Positions 14,385-29,904 of a stretch of DNA of 64,000 nucleotides are shown piece by piece. This stretch comes from Candidatus Desulfobacillus denitrificans. GTDB lineage: Bacteria > Pseudomonadota > Gammaproteobacteria > Burkholderiales > Rhodocyclaceae. A program made the translations under genes and the position numbers. The number at the start of each line of letters is the position of its first letter. Positions within the stretch are counted from its first letter, which is position 1. Location: assembly GCA_017347485.1 (NCBI GenBank), contig AP021857.1:1219390-1283389 (forward strand). Direction: 5' to 3'. The notes beneath the pieces were generated by a model, which saw only the letters and a list, made by a program, of their open reading frames with translations, was not told where the DNA came from and ran no database searches.

Positions 14385-14819
14385 ATGGAATTGCTGAAAG
14401 TCGTCGAGCAGGCGGTAGCAGGCTTGGGCTACGAACTGGTGGATTTCGAGACCAGCCCGCGCGCCCGGCTGTTGCGCGTCTTCATCGATGCCCCGAACGG
14501 AGTGGCGATCGAGGACTGCACCAGGGTCAGCAACCACCTGACCCGGCTGTTCGCGGTCGAGAACATCGACTACGACCGCCTGGAGGTGTCCTCGCCGGGT
14601 CTCGACCGGCCGCTGAAGAAGGCGGCGGACTTCGTCCGCTTCGCCGGCCAGGAGGCGCAGGTCCGCCTGCGCCTGGCGGTGAACGGCCAGCGCAATTTCA
14701 CCGGCGTGCTGGGTGGGGTCGAAGCCGGCCGCCTGAAGCTGGTCTGCGATGGCACGACGCATGAGTTCGAACTGGACCAGGTTGACAAGGCCCGCCTGGT
14801 GCCGCATTACAAGTTCTGA
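14385..14819 (+). CDS. rimP: Ribosome maturation factor RimP
   Basis: LRVFID, YDRLEVSSPGLDRPL; upstream of nusA. Confidence 0.96.
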   Translation: MELLKVVEQAVAGLGYELVDFETSPRARLLRVFIDAPNGVAIEDCTRVSNHLTRLFAVENIDYDRLEVSSPGLDRPLKKAADFVRFAGQEAQVRLRLAVNGQRNFTGVLGGVEAGRLKLVCDGTTHEFELDQVDKARLVPHYKF

Positions 14820-14843
14820 TTTGAGGACGGGCAGGAGAGAGTT

Positions 14844-16316
14844 ATGAGCAAGGAGATGCTGCTGCTGGTGGATGCCCTGGCGCGCGAGAAGAACGTCGCC
14901 AAGGATATCGTCTTCGCCGCCCTGGAGTCGGCGCTCGCCTCCGCCACCAAGAAGAAGATCAATGAGGAGGCCGATGTGCGCGTTGCCATCGACCAGGCTA
15001 CCGGCGAGTTCGAATCCTTCCGCCGCTGGCAGGTGGTGCCGGACGAGGCGGTCGAGAATCCCGACGCGCAGATTGGCCTCGCTGAGGCGCAGGAGGAGAT
15101 GCCCGAGATCCAGCTCGACGAGTTCATCGAGGAACAACTCGAGCCGATCGACTTCGGCCGCATCGGCGCCCAGGCCGCCAAGCAGGTCATCCTGCAGAAA
15201 ATACGCGACGCCGAGCGCGAACAGGTGCTGAACGACTTCCTCGAACGCAAGGAGCACCTCGTCACCGGCACGGTCAAGCGCATCGAGCGCGGCAACGCCA
15301 TCATCGAGGCTGGCCGCATCGAGGCGTTGTTGCCGCGCGACCAGATGATCCCGAAGGAGAACCTGCGCGTCGGCGACCGCGTCCGTGCCTATCTCCTCAA
15401 GATTGACCGCGCCGCACGCGGCCCCCAGCTGATTCTTTCGCGCACCGCGTCCGAGTTCATCATCAAGCTGTTCGAGCTGGAAGTACCGGAAATGGAAGAC
15501 GGCCTGCTGGAGATCAAGTCGGCGGCGCGTGACCCCGGCGTGCGCGCCAAGATCGCCGTCAAGTCCAACGATCCACGCGTCGATCCCATCGGCACCTGCG
15601 TCGGCATGCGCGGCTCGCGCGTCACCGCGGTGACCAACGAACTGGCCGGCGAACGAGTGGACATCGTCCTCTGGTCGGCCGACCCGGCCCAGTTCGTCAT
15701 CGGTGCCCTGGCGCCGGCCGACGTCAGCAGCATCGTGGTGGACGAGGAGAAGCACAGCATGGACGTGGTGGTGGACGAGGACAATCTCGCCATTGCCATC
15801 GGCCGCAGCGGGCAGAACGTCCGCCTGGCCTCCGAGCTGACCGGCTGGACCCTCAACCTGATGACCGTCGAGGAATCCCAGAAAAAGGCCGAGGAGGAGC
15901 ACGGCTCGATCCGCAAGGTGTTCATGGAGAAGCTGGACGTGGACGAGGAGGTGGCCGACATCCTCATCGAGGAGGGCTTCTCCACCATCGAGGAGATCGC
16001 CTACGTGCCGCTCAATGAGATGCTGGAAATCGAGGCCTTCGACGAGGACACCGTCAACGAGTTGCGCAACCGCGCCCGCAACGTGCTGCTCACCGAGGCC
16101 ATCGTCGACGAGGAGCAGCTGGAGAACGTCGCCGACGACCTGATCAACCTCGAGGGCATGGACAAGCCGCTGGCGGCCAAGCTGGCGCGGGCAAACATCC
16201 GCACGCGCGACGACCTCGCCGATCTGGCGGTCGACGAGCTGGTGGACCTGTCCGGCATAGACGGCGAGCGGGCGAAGAGCCTGATTACCACGGCGCGGGC
16301 GCACTGGTTCGAGTAA
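14844..16316 (+). CDS. nusA: Transcription termination factor NusA
   Basis: [12 protein letters not shown]1 and KH domains, [15 protein letters not shown] repeats. Confidence 0.98.
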   Translation: MSKEMLLLVDALAREKNVAKDIVFAALESALASATKKKINEEADVRVAIDQATGEFESFRRWQVVPDEAVENPDAQIGLAEAQEEMPEIQLDEFIEEQLEPIDFGRIGAQAAKQVILQKIRDAEREQVLNDFLERKEHLVTGTVKRIERGNAIIEAGRIEALLPRDQMIPKENLRVGDRVRAYLLKIDRAARGPQLILSRTASEFIIKLFELEVPEMEDGLLEIKSAARDPGVRAKIAVKSNDPRVDPIGTCVGMRGSRVTAVTNELAGERVDIVLWSADPAQFVIGALAPADVSSIVVDEEKHSMDVVVDEDNLAIAIGRSGQNVRLASELTGWTLNLMTVEESQKKAEEEHGSIRKVFMEKLDVDEEVADILIEEGFSTIEEIAYVPLNEMLEIEAFDEDTVNELRNRARNVLLTEAIVDEEQLENVADDLINLEGMDKPLAAKLARANIRTRDDLADLAVDELVDLSGIDGERAKSLITTARAHWFE

Positions 16317-16325
16317 GGAGCCGAC

Positions 16326-18845
16326 ATGGCACAGACGAGCGTAAGCCAATTCGCCAGCGAGCTGAAGATGCCCTCGGCTTCGCTGCTAGAGCAGCTGGCC
16401 AAGGCTGGCGTGAGCAAGAAGGGCGAGAGCGACTTCCTCAGCGACGCCGACAAAACGAAGCTGCTCGACTACTTGCGCAAGTCGCACGGTGCGACCGAGA
16501 GCAAGGCGAAGATCACCCTGACGCGCAAGCAGACCACCGAGATCAAGAAATCCGACGCCTCTGGCAAGGCGCGCACCATTCAGGTCGAGGTGCGCAAGAA
16601 GCGCATCTTCGTCAAGCGCGACGAGCCGCAGGCCGCCGAGGCGCCCGCGTCGATAGCGTCGGCCGCGCCGCAGCCGGTGGTGGACGCCGAGCAGGTGCGT
16701 CTGCGCGAGATGGAATCGCAGAAACAGTCCGAACTGCTCGCGCGCCAGGCCGCTGAACTGAAGGAAAAGCAGGAACGCGAGGCAAAGGCCAAGCAGGAGG
16801 CCGAGGAACGCCTTGCCTTGCAGGCGGCCGCCGAGGCGGCCAAGCCGCAGGAGGGGGCGCCTGGCACGACCGGAACCCTCCACAAGCCGGCCGGCAAGCC
16901 GGACAGGAAGGAAGAGAAGCAAAAGAAGGCGGCGACCGCCTGGAAGGAGGAGGCCGCCAAGAAGCGCGCCATCAAGACCCGCGGCGACACCGGCGGGGCT
17001 TCCGGCTGGCGCGGTGCCAAGGGCGGCGGCCGCCACCGCCAGCATCACGAGGAGCAGGCGCCGGCGCAGATGCCGGCCGAACCGATCGTGCGCGAGGTGC
17101 TGGTGCCCGAGACCATCACCGTCGCCGACCTCGCACACAAGATGGCGGTGAAGGCCGCCGAGGTCATCAAGGTACTGATGAAACTCGGCTCGATGGTCAC
17201 CATCAACCAAGTGCTCGACCAGGAAACCGCCATGATCGTGGTCGAGGAGATGGGCCACGTCGCCAAGGCCGCCAAGCTGGACGACCCGGATGCCCTGCTC
17301 GCCGAGGCGCAGCAGGAGCACAAGGACGTGGCCCTCGAGCCGCGCGCACCGGTGGTCACCGTGATGGGCCACGTCGACCACGGCAAGACCTCGCTGCTCG
17401 ATTACATCCGCAAGACGCGCGTCGCCCATGGCGAGGCGGGCGGCATCACGCAGCACATCGGCGCCTACCATGTCGAGACGCCGCGCGGTATGGTCACCTT
17501 CCTCGACACCCCAGGCCACGAGGCGTTCACTGCCATGCGCGCCCGCGGCGCCAAGGCCACCGACATCGTCATCCTGGTGGTGGCCGCCGACGACGGCGTC
17601 ATGCCGCAGACCAAGGAAGCCATCCACCACGCCAAGGCCGCCAACGTGCCGCTGGTGGTGGCGGTGAACAAGATCGACAAGCCCGAGGCCAATCCAGAGC
17701 GCGTCAAACAGGAACTGGTGGCCGAGAGTGTGGTGCCCGAGGAATATGGCGGCGACTCGCCCTTCGTGCCCGTGTCGGCCAAGACTGGCCAGGGCATCGA
17801 AGACCTGCTCGAGCATGTGCTGCTGCAGGCCGAGGTGCTGGAGCTGAAGGCGCCGAAAGACACCCACGCCAAGGGCCTTATCATCGAATCCCGCCTCGAC
17901 AAGGGCAAGGGGCCGGTGGCGACTATCCTCGTGCAGTCTGGCACGCTCAAGCGGGGAGACATCGTGCTGGCCGGCGCCGTGTACGGTCGCGTGCGCGCCA
18001 TGCTCGACGAGAACGGCGATCCGATCGAGTCGGCCGGTCCCTCCATCCCGGTGGAGATCCAGGGCCTGTCTGACGTGCCGATGGCCGGCGACGAGGCGAT
18101 GGCACTGGCCGACGAGCGCAAGGCGCGCGAGATCGCGCTGTTCCGCCAGGGCAAGTTCCGCGACGTCAAGCTGGCGCGCCAGCAGGCCGCCAAGCTGGAG
18201 ACGATGTTCGAGCAGATGGGCGAGGGCGAGGTGAAGAGCCTGGCGCTGATCGTCAAGGCCGACGTGCAGGGCTCGCAGGAGGCGCTGGCCCACGCGCTGC
18301 AGAAGCTGTCCACCGACGAGGTCAAGGTCAACATCATCCACGCCGCGGTGGGCGGCATCAGCGAATCCGACGTGAACCTCGCCTCGGCGTCGAAGGCCGT
18401 CATCATCGGCTTCAACACCCGCGCCGACGCTAGCGCCCGCAAGGCGGCCGAAAGCCTCGGCGTTGAAATCCGCTACTACAACATCATCTACGACGCCGTG
18501 GACGAGGTGAAGGCGGCGATGTCCGGCATGCTGGCGCCGGAGCGCAAGGAAAACGCCATCGGCCTGGTGGAGATCCGCCAGGTGTTCCGCATCTCCAAGG
18601 TCGGCGCCGTCGCCGGCTGCTACGTGCTCGACGGCCTGGTGCGTCGCGGCGCGCAGGTGCGCCTGCTGCGCGACAACGTGGTGATCTGGACCGGCGAGCT
18701 GGATTCGCTGAAGCGCTTCAAGGACGACGTGCGCGAGGTCAAGGCCGGCTTCGAGTGCGGCCTCTCCCTGAAGGGTTACAACGACATCCAGGAAGGCGAC
18801 CAGCTCGAGGTCTTCGAGATCGAGGAAGTGGCGCGGACGCTCTGA
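16326..18845 (+). CDS. infB: Translation initiation factor IF-2
   Basis: [24 protein letters not shown] GTPase motifs. Confidence 0.99.
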   Translation: MAQTSVSQFASELKMPSASLLEQLAKAGVSKKGESDFLSDADKTKLLDYLRKSHGATESKAKITLTRKQTTEIKKSDASGKARTIQVEVRKKRIFVKRDEPQAAEAPASIASAAPQPVVDAEQVRLREMESQKQSELLARQAAELKEKQEREAKAKQEAEERLALQAAAEAAKPQEGAPGTTGTLHKPAGKPDRKEEKQKKAATAWKEEAAKKRAIKTRGDTGGASGWRGAKGGGRHRQHHEEQAPAQMPAEPIVREVLVPETITVADLAHKMAVKAAEVIKVLMKLGSMVTINQVLDQETAMIVVEEMGHVAKAAKLDDPDALLAEAQQEHKDVALEPRAPVVTVMGHVDHGKTSLLDYIRKTRVAHGEAGGITQHIGAYHVETPRGMVTFLDTPGHEAFTAMRARGAKATDIVILVVAADDGVMPQTKEAIHHAKAANVPLVVAVNKIDKPEANPERVKQELVAESVVPEEYGGDSPFVPVSAKTGQGIEDLLEHVLLQAEVLELKAPKDTHAKGLIIESRLDKGKGPVATILVQSGTLKRGDIVLAGAVYGRVRAMLDENGDPIESAGPSIPVEIQGLSDVPMAGDEAMALADERKAREIALFRQGKFRDVKLARQQAAKLETMFEQMGEGEVKSLALIVKADVQGSQEALAHALQKLSTDEVKVNIIHAAVGGISESDVNLASASKAVIIGFNTRADASARKAAESLGVEIRYYNIIYDAVDEVKAAMSGMLAPERKENAIGLVEIRQVFRISKVGAVAGCYVLDGLVRRGAQVRLLRDNVVIWTGELDSLKRFKDDVREVKAGFECGLSLKGYNDIQEGDQLEVFEIEEVARTL

Positions 18846-18861
18846 TCCGCGCCGTAGTCCC

Positions 18862-19230
18862 ATGCCGAAGGAGTTCTCGCGCAGCAGCCGGGTCGCTGAG
18901 CAAGTTCAGCGCGAGCTGGCCGAACTGATCCGGCTGGAACTGAAGGACCCCCGCGTCGGCCTCATCACCCTGACCGGTGTCGAGCTGACGCCGGACTACG
19001 CCCACGCCAAGGTCTTCTTCACCACGCTCGCGTCCGCCGGCGACCGTCAGGCCATAGAGGCAGGCCTGCGCCGCGCCAGCGGCTTCCTGCGCCGCGAGCT
19101 TGGCCGCCGCATCCGCATCCATACCCTGCCGGAACTGCACTTCGTCTTCGACGAGTCGGTGGAGCGGGGCGACCGGCTGTCCCGGCTCATCGACGAGGCC
19201 GTCGCCTCCGACCGCAAGCACGAGGGATAG
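18862..19230 (+). CDS. rbfA: Ribosome-binding factor A
   Basis: [25 protein letters not shown]. Confidence 0.97.
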   Translation: MPKEFSRSSRVAEQVQRELAELIRLELKDPRVGLITLTGVELTPDYAHAKVFFTTLASAGDRQAIEAGLRRASGFLRRELGRRIRIHTLPELHFVFDESVERGDRLSRLIDEAVASDRKHEG

Positions 19231-19238
19231 CTCCCTCC

Positions 19239-20156
19239 ATGAACCAGCCCCGCAAACCGCCGCGACGCCGCGTCGACGGCGTTCTGCTGCTCGACAAGCC
19301 GGCCGGCATGACCTCCAACGCGGCCCTGCAGAAGGCGCGCCGGCTCCTGAATGCCGCCAAGGCCGGCCATACCGGCACGCTGGACCCGATGGCCACCGGC
19401 CTGCTGCCTCTTTGCTTCGGCGAGGCGACCAAATTCGCCGGCGAACTGCTGGCGGCCGACAAGGCCTATGCAGCGACGCTTCGCCTCGGGGTGCGTACGG
19501 ACACGGCCGATGCCGAGGGACAGGTGCTGGAGACCCGGCCCGTGGCCGTGACCTACGAACAGGCGGAGGCCGTGCTAGGTCGTTTCCGGGGCGACATCCT
19601 CCAAGTGCCCCCCATGCATTCGGCGCTCAAGCGTGATGGGCGCCCGCTGTATGAATATGCCAGGAAGGGCATCGAGGTCGAGCGGAGGCCAAGAGAAGTC
19701 AGCATTTTCTCGCTTGTTGTTCGCTATTTCAAAGGAGATCGTCTCGAATTCGATGTGGATTGCAGCAAGGGCACCTATGTGCGCAGCCTCGCCCAGGACA
19801 TCGGCGAGGCGCTCGGCTGCGGAGCTCATCTCATCGCCCTGCGGCGTACCCGCATCGGTCGCCTGCGCCTGGACGAAGCGGTCACGCTCGAGGCGCTGGA
19901 AGCCCTGCTGCCTGAAGCGCGCGATGACCTTTTGCAGCCCGCTGACGCCCTGTTGGCAGGATTGCCCCAACTGGTACTCGACGAGGCAGCGGCAAGGCGG
20001 TTTTCCCATGGCCAGCCGGTGCGCGGTCCGGCTGGAGTTCCGGCCGGTCGACTGCGCGTCTATGCCGACGACGGCCGCTTCTTCGGTCTCGGCACCCTGA
20101 CCCCGGATGGCTTGGTGACACCGGCCCGCCTAGTGACGGCAGGCATTGAAAAATAG
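19239..20156 (+). CDS. truB: tRNA pseudouridine(55) synthase
   Basis: KAGHTGTLDPMATG, CSKGTYVRSLA. Confidence 0.97.
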   Translation: MNQPRKPPRRRVDGVLLLDKPAGMTSNAALQKARRLLNAAKAGHTGTLDPMATGLLPLCFGEATKFAGELLAADKAYAATLRLGVRTDTADAEGQVLETRPVAVTYEQAEAVLGRFRGDILQVPPMHSALKRDGRPLYEYARKGIEVERRPREVSIFSLVVRYFKGDRLEFDVDCSKGTYVRSLAQDIGEALGCGAHLIALRRTRIGRLRLDEAVTLEALEALLPEARDDLLQPADALLAGLPQLVLDEAAARRFSHGQPVRGPAGVPAGRLRVYADDGRFFGLGTLTPDGLVTPARLVTAGIEK

Positions 20157-20166
20157 GGGATTTTCA

Positions 20167-20195
20167 TTGCCGCCGCACAGGGGCGCGGGTATAAT
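20167..20195 (+). promoter_or_regulatory. Sigma70 promoter of rpsO
   Basis: TTGCCG-17 nt-TATAAT. Confidence 0.7.
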
Positions 20196-20294
20196 ACCTA
20201 GCTTCATTCGAAGTTTGGATGATTTGCAGAGGGTGCAGGGCTCTATCAAACCGGGGCGGCACCTGTTTTCAACCGAGTTTGAGAGATAATCGAA

Positions 20295-20564
20295 ATGGCA
20301 TTTACCACCGCCGAGAAGGCCAAAGTCGTGGCCGAATTCCAGCGCGCGCAAGGCGACACCGGCTCGCCCGAAGTGCAGATTGCGCTGCTGACCAACCGCA
20401 TCAACGACCTGACCGGTCACTTCAAGGAACACGTCAAGGACCACCATTCGCGCCGCGGACTGCTGCGCATGGTGAGCCAGCGACGCAAGCTGCTCGACTA
20501 CCTCAAGCGCACGAATGCCGACAGCTATCGCGCGCTGATCGAGCGCCTCGGCCTGCGCAAGTAA
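20295..20564 (+). CDS. rpsO: 30S ribosomal protein S15
   Basis: [26 protein letters not shown]. Confidence 0.99.
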   Translation: MAFTTAEKAKVVAEFQRAQGDTGSPEVQIALLTNRINDLTGHFKEHVKDHHSRRGLLRMVSQRRKLLDYLKRTNADSYRALIERLGLRK

Positions 20565-20610
20565 CCGACGTTCGCGCGTGCCCCATGCTGCCAAGGGCAT
20601 GACCCAATAT

Positions 20611-20642
20611 GCCGGCGCCGCCCTGGAGGCGGCGCCGGCTTT
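20611..20642 (+). terminator. Hairpin/terminator between rpsO and pnp
   Basis: GCCGGCGCCGCC-CTGGA-GGCGGCGCCGGC followed by TTT. Confidence 0.75.
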
Positions 20643-20694
20643 GTCGTATCCGGGGCGATTGTGTCCGTCCCCTGCTGATTGAAAGGATAGTCCC

Positions 20695-22794
20695 TTGCTT
20701 ACCGCTACCAAGAAAAGCTTTTCCTACGGCGCACACACAGTCACGCTGGAGACCGGCGAAATCGCGCGCCAGGCGCACGGCGCCGTCCTGGTCAACATGG
20801 ACGAGACCGTGGTGCTCGCCACCGTCGTCGCCGCCAAGGAGCCGAAGCCCGGCCAGGATTTCTTCCCGCTGACCGTCGATTACATGGAGAAGGTCTATGC
20901 CGCCGGCCGCATTCCCGGCGGCTTCTTCAAGCGCGAGGGCCGTCCTTCCGAGAAGGAGATACTCACCTCCCGCCTGATCGATCGCCCGATCCGCCCGCTC
21001 TTCCCGGACGGCCTCTACAACGACGTGCAGGTGGTCGCCACCGTGCTGTCGAGCAACCCCGAGGTCGACCCCGACATCCCGGCCATGATCGGCGTCTCCG
21101 CCGCGCTGGCCCTCTCCGGCATTCCCTTCAACGGGCCGATCGGCGCCGCCCGCGTCGGCTACATCGATGGCCAGTACGTGCTGTGCCCGGCGATCTCGCA
21201 GCTCAAGGACAGCCGGCTCAACCTGGTCGTCGCCGGCACCGCTTCCGCCGTGCTGATGGTCGAGTCCGAGGCGCAGGAGCTGTCCGAAGACGTCATGCTC
21301 GGCGCCGTGGTGTTCGGCCATGAGCAGATGCAGGCCGCCATCAACGCCATCAACGAACTGGTCGAGGTCGCCGGCAAACCGGAGTGGGACTGGCAGCCGC
21401 CGGCCAAGGACGAGGCCCTCGCCGCCAAGGTGGCCCAGCTGGCCGAGGCCGAGTTGCGCGAAGCCTATCGCACCACCAGCAAGCAGGCCCGCACCCTCAA
21501 GTGTCGTGAAGTCACCCGGAAAACCATCGAAGCGATCTGCGCCGGCGAGGGTGCGCCCGACGCCACCACGGTCGGCAACCTGATCTTCGAACTCGAAGCG
21601 AAGATCGTCCGCAACCAGATCCTCGACGGCGAGCCGCGCATCGACGGTCGCGATACCCGCACGGTGCGCCCGATCGCCATCCGCCACGGCGTGCTGCCGC
21701 GCACCCACGGTTCGGCGCTGTTCACCCGCGGCGAGACGCAGGCCCTGGTGGTCGCCACGCTGGGCACCGGCCGCGATGAGCAGATCATCGACGCGCTGCA
21801 GGGCGAGTACCGCGAGCGCTTCATGCTCCACTACAACATGCCACCCTACGCCACCGGCGAAACCGGCCGCGTCGGCAGCCCGAAGCGCCGCGAGATCGGC
21901 CACGGTCGCCTGGCCAAGCGCGCGCTCCTCGCCGTGCTGCCCTCACCGGAGGAGTTCAGCTACTCGATGCGCGTGGTCTCCGAGATCACCGAGTCGAACG
22001 GCTCCAGTTCGATGGCTTCCGTCTGCGGCGGCTCGCTGGCGCTGATGGATGCCGGCGTACCCTTGAAAGCCCATGTGGCCGGCATTGCCATGGGCCTGAT
22101 CAAGGAAGGCAACCGCTTCGCCGTGCTGACCGACATCCTCGGCGACGAGGACCACCTCGGCGACATGGACTTCAAGGTGGCCGGCACCGACAACGGCGTG
22201 ACCGCCCTGCAGATGGACATCAAGATCCAGGGCATTACCAAGGAAATCATGCACGTCGCGCTGACCCAGGCCAACGAGGCTCGCCTGCACATCCTCGGCC
22301 TGATGAAGTCGTCGATGAACGCGCCGAGCGAGATTTCCACCTACGCGCCGCGCCTGATCACCATGAAGATCAACCCGGAGAAGATCCGCGACGTGATCGG
22401 CAAGGGCGGCGCGGTGATCCGCGCCCTCACCGAGGAGACCGGCACCGTCATCGACATCAACGACGACGGCACCGTGACCATCGCCTCCGTCAGCGCCGAA
22501 GCCGGCGCGCTGGCGAAGAAGCGCATCGAGGACATCACCGCCGAGGTTGAAGTCGGCAAGGTCTACGACGGCACCGTGCTGCGCCTGCTCGACTTCGGCG
22601 CCATCGTGCAGATCCTGCCGGGCAAGGACGGCCTGCTGCACATCTCGCAGATCGCCAACGAGCGTGTCAACCAGGTCTCCGACTATCTCAAGGAAGGCCA
22701 GGCCGTGCGCGTCAAGGTGCTGGAAGCCGACGAAAAGGGCCGCGTGCGCCTGTCCATGAAGGCGGCTGCCGAAGCCGCGCCGGTGCAGCAGTAG
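20695..22794 (+). CDS. pnp: Polyribonucleotide nucleotidyltransferase
   Basis: TTG start after GAAAGGA; [18 protein letters not shown] and S1 domains. Confidence 0.99.
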   Translation: MLTATKKSFSYGAHTVTLETGEIARQAHGAVLVNMDETVVLATVVAAKEPKPGQDFFPLTVDYMEKVYAAGRIPGGFFKREGRPSEKEILTSRLIDRPIRPLFPDGLYNDVQVVATVLSSNPEVDPDIPAMIGVSAALALSGIPFNGPIGAARVGYIDGQYVLCPAISQLKDSRLNLVVAGTASAVLMVESEAQELSEDVMLGAVVFGHEQMQAAINAINELVEVAGKPEWDWQPPAKDEALAAKVAQLAEAELREAYRTTSKQARTLKCREVTRKTIEAICAGEGAPDATTVGNLIFELEAKIVRNQILDGEPRIDGRDTRTVRPIAIRHGVLPRTHGSALFTRGETQALVVATLGTGRDEQIIDALQGEYRERFMLHYNMPPYATGETGRVGSPKRREIGHGRLAKRALLAVLPSPEEFSYSMRVVSEITESNGSSSMASVCGGSLALMDAGVPLKAHVAGIAMGLIKEGNRFAVLTDILGDEDHLGDMDFKVAGTDNGVTALQMDIKIQGITKEIMHVALTQANEARLHILGLMKSSMNAPSEISTYAPRLITMKINPEKIRDVIGKGGAVIRALTEETGTVIDINDDGTVTIASVSAEAGALAKKRIEDITAEVEVGKVYDGTVLRLLDFGAIVQILPGKDGLLHISQIANERVNQVSDYLKEGQAVRVKVLEADEKGRVRLSMKAAAEAAPVQQ

Positions 22795-22813
22795 GCAAAC
22801 GCCTGCGGGCAAG

Positions 22814-22843
22814 AAAAAAGGACGCCTCGGCGTCCTTTTTTTT
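22814..22843. terminator. Bidirectional intrinsic terminator between convergent pnp and dksA
   Basis: A-run, AAGGACGCC-TC-GGCGTCCTT, T-run. Confidence 0.9.
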
Positions 22844-22844
22844 C

Positions 22845-22906
22845 GTCATTCCCGCGGAAGCGGGCATCCATCCGTGCTCATGGACCCACGCTTGCGTGGG
22901 GATGAC
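22845..22906. repeat. REP/REPIN-like palindromic doublet, copy A
   Basis: GTCATTCCCGCGGAAGCGGGCATCCA...TGGACCCACGCTTGCGTGGGGATGAC; related copies at 38427 and 46596. Confidence 0.8.
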
Positions 22907-22918
22907 CGCCTGCGGCGG

Positions 22919-23344
22919 TCACTTGGCTACTTGCTTCTCGCGCAGTTCCTCGAGGGTCTTGCAGTCGATGCAGAGGGTGGCGGTGGGGCGGGCTTCCAGG
23001 CGCTTCAGGCCGATCTCGACGCCGCAGGAATCGCAATAACCATACTCCCCATTCTCGATGCGGCCGACGGCCTCGTTGATCTTCTTGATCAGCTTGCGCT
23101 CGCGGTCGCGGTTGCGCAGTTCGAGGGCGATGTCGGATTCCTGGCTGGCGCGGTCGTTGGGATCGGCGAAGACCGTCGCCTCGTCCTGCATGGTATGCAC
23201 CGTGCGCTCGATATCCTGCAGCAGTTCGTCCTTCAAGGTTTCCAGAATCACGCGGAAATGCTTGAGCTGCTTGCTGTTCATGTACTCCTCGCCCTTCTTG
23301 GCGACATAGGGCGGGAATTGCTTGTGGAGGAGGTCTTCGGCCAT
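22919..23344 (-). CDS. dksA: RNA polymerase-binding protein DksA
   Basis: DPNDRASQE coiled-coil tip, C4 zinc finger CDSC...CIDC. Confidence 0.97.
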   Translation of the reverse strand: MAEDLLHKQFPPYVAKKGEEYMNSKQLKHFRVILETLKDELLQDIERTVHTMQDEATVFADPNDRASQESDIALELRNRDRERKLIKKINEAVGRIENGEYGYCDSCGVEIGLKRLEARPTATLCIDCKTLEELREKQVAK

Positions 23345-23432
23345 TTCTTTCGGAACCGGTTCTCGGCAAAGCCGTCTTAATATCAGAAATGCCCGGGGGT
23401 CGCAAGTTAACTCAGAAAGACGCCTGATTCGA

Positions 23433-23461
23433 TTGACCTCTCTGGGGGCCGCGAGTAGAAT
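23433..23461 (+). promoter_or_regulatory. Sigma70 promoter of the tRNA cluster
   Basis: TTGACC-17 nt-TAGAAT, 10 nt before tRNA-Pro. Confidence 0.75.
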
Positions 23462-23471
23462 TCCGCGACTT

Positions 23472-23549
<78 letters not shown>

Positions 23550-23565
23550 GACGCTGGACCGACAG

Positions 23566-23642
23566 GCGCCCGTAGCTCAACCGGATAGAGCACCGGCCTT
23601 CTAAGCCGGGGGTTACAGGTTCGAGTCCTGTCGGGCGCGCCA
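23566..23642 (+). tRNA. tRNA-Arg(TCT)
   Basis: CCGGC-CT-TCT-AA-GCCGG anticodon arm, GGTTCGAGTCC, CCA end. Confidence 0.97.
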
Positions 23643-23657
23643 ACCCCAGGCATCAAT

Positions 23658-23734
23658 GGTGGACGTAGCTCAGCTGGTAGAGTCCCGGATTGTGATTCCG
23701 GTTGTCGCGGGTTCGAGTCCCGTCGTCCACCCCA
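23658..23734 (+). tRNA. tRNA-His(GTG)
   Basis: G-1 and C73, CCGGA-TT-GTG-AT-TCCGG anticodon arm, CCA end. Confidence 0.97.
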
Positions 23735-23816
23735 CTCCCCTCTCTTACAATGCAGGCTCATGCAATGAGCCATGCCGGATGGCATGATGCAGCATGCCGC
23801 TATTACGGACCAGACG

Positions 23817-28147
<4,331 letters not shown>

Positions 28148-28525
28148 TCAGCGGAAAAACAAAGTCAGTCCCCAGACCACGGCGACGTTGACGAGCGAGA
28201 GCATGACGGCGGCGCTGCCGAGGTCCTTGGCGCGCTTCGAGAGATCGTGGTGCTCGGCGGAGACGCGGTCGACCACCGTCTCGACGGCCGAGTTCAGCAG
28301 TTCGACGATGAGCAGCAGGAGGACGCTGCCGACGAGCAGCGCCCGCTCGGGGCCGTTGCCCCCCAGCCAGAGGCCGAGCGGCAGCAGGATGGCCGCCAGC
28401 AGCAGCTCCTGGCGGAAGGCCGCCTCGTGGCGCCAGGCGGCGAGCAGGCCGTCGCGCGAATACAGCGTCGCATTCCAGATGCGTTTCAGGCCGCCCCGGC
28501 TTTTTTGCGGTGGAGGTTCTGGCAT
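28148..28525 (-). CDS. dgkA: Diacylglycerol kinase
   Basis: EAAFRQE, ELLNSAVETVVD, AKDLGSAAV. Confidence 0.96.
   Translation of the reverse strand: MPEPPPQKSRGGLKRIWNATLYSRDGLLAAWRHEAAFRQELLLAAILLPLGLWLGGNGPERALLVGSVLLLLIVELLNSAVETVVDRVSAEHHDLSKRAKDLGSAAVMLSLVNVAVVWGLTLFFR
28161..28184 (+). repeat. Bipartite motif, perfect, in the dgkA 3' end
   Basis: AAAGTCAGTC CCCAGACC ACGGCG; antisense, encodes AVVWGLTL. Confidence 0.9.
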
Positions 28526-28778
28526 GGCTTTCCCGGATGTCGTCGGAAGACGATTCTACCCGCCGGAAGAGTTGCATACGACTGATTATTGGCCGGATGG
28601 CCCGCAGTGCCGTCGATAGGCGCAAGGCGGAATATGGCGTACGCGGCTTCGGCAGGCGCCCTGCCGCCTTCTTTCTCGGAGTGAACCGGCTGTGCGGGGG
28701 GCGCACCTCTTTCGCAGGCAGGGGCTCTGAGGCGGTACTGTAAAATTCCGCGATCATTCCAATTTCAGGAAATCGATC

Positions 28779-29804
28779 ATGGCTTCGATACTCGTCACAG
28801 GCGGTGCCGGCTACATCGGCTCGCACACGGTGGTGGAGCTGCTGGCGGCCAGCCACGAGGTGACCGTGCTGGACAATTTCTGCAACAGCTCGCCGCTGGC
28901 GCTCGAGCGCATCGCGCGCATTGCCGGGCGGGCACCGGTGTTCGTTGAGGCCGACGTGCGCGAGCGCGCCGCGCTGGCGGGCGTCTTCGCCGAGCGGCGC
29001 TTCGACGCGGTGATCCACTTCGCCGGACTGAAGGCGGTCGGCGAGTCGGTGGCCGAGCCGCTGCGTTACTACGACCACAACCTCGGTGGCGCGCTGGCGC
29101 TGTGCGAGACGATGACGGCGCATGGCGTGAAGACGCTGGTGTTCAGCTCCTCGGCGACGGTGTATGGCGATCCGGCCTCGGTGCCGATTCGGGAGGACGC
29201 GGCAACGGCGCCGACCAACCCCTACGGGCGCAGCAAGCTGATGGTGGAGCAGGTGCTGCGCGATCTGGCCGCTTCCGACGCCGGCTGGCGCGTGACGCTG
29301 CTGCGCTACTTCAACCCGGTCGGCGCGCACGAGAGCGGGCTGATCGGCGAGGATCCGAACGGCGTGCCGAACAACCTGATGCCCTTCGTCAGCCAGGTGG
29401 CGGTAGGGCGGCGCGCCGAGTTGTCGGTGTGGGGCAACGACTATCCGACGCCGGACGGCACCGGCGTGCGCGACTACATCCACGTTGTGGACCTCGCCCG
29501 CGGCCATCTCGCCGCGCTGGCGCACATGCCCGCATCGGGTGTTCTCACGGTGAATCTCGGCACCGGGCGCGGCTGCAGCGTGCTGGAGATGGTGCGCGCC
29601 TTCGAGCAGGCGAGCGGGAAAAGGGTGCCGTATCGCATCGCGGCGCGCCGCCCGGGCGACATCGCCACTTGCTATGCCGATCCTTCCCTGGCCGCGGAAA
29701 AGCTGGGCTGGCGCGCCGAATTCGGCATCGCGCGCATGTGCGCCGACACCTGGCGCTGGCAGAGCCTGAACCCGCAGGGCTACGGCGATCCGGAAGCGGT
29801 TTGA
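28779..29804 (+). CDS. galE: UDP-glucose 4-epimerase
   Basis: TGGAGYIGSH, YGRSK, LRYFNPVGAH, GVRDYIHV. Confidence 0.97.
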   Translation: MASILVTGGAGYIGSHTVVELLAASHEVTVLDNFCNSSPLALERIARIAGRAPVFVEADVRERAALAGVFAERRFDAVIHFAGLKAVGESVAEPLRYYDHNLGGALALCETMTAHGVKTLVFSSSATVYGDPASVPIREDAATAPTNPYGRSKLMVEQVLRDLAASDAGWRVTLLRYFNPVGAHESGLIGEDPNGVPNNLMPFVSQVAVGRRAELSVWGNDYPTPDGTGVRDYIHVVDLARGHLAALAHMPASGVLTVNLGTGRGCSVLEMVRAFEQASGKRVPYRIAARRPGDIATCYADPSLAAEKLGWRAEFGIARMCADTWRWQSLNPQGYGDPEAV

Positions 29805-29814
29805 TCCACGTCAA
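29801..29814. promoter_or_regulatory. Possible FNR-type box upstream of korAB
   Basis: TTGAT-CCAC-GTCAA (one mismatch to TTGAT-N4-ATCAA); TATAAT at 29849-29854. Confidence 0.5.
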
Positions 29815-29904
29815 TAAATGGTGGATAGCAAACAGTTTGAAAACAAATTATAATGGGATGAGGTGCGCGTAAAATTGCGTGGGCAGGCTCATCAGGAGGC
29901 AGTC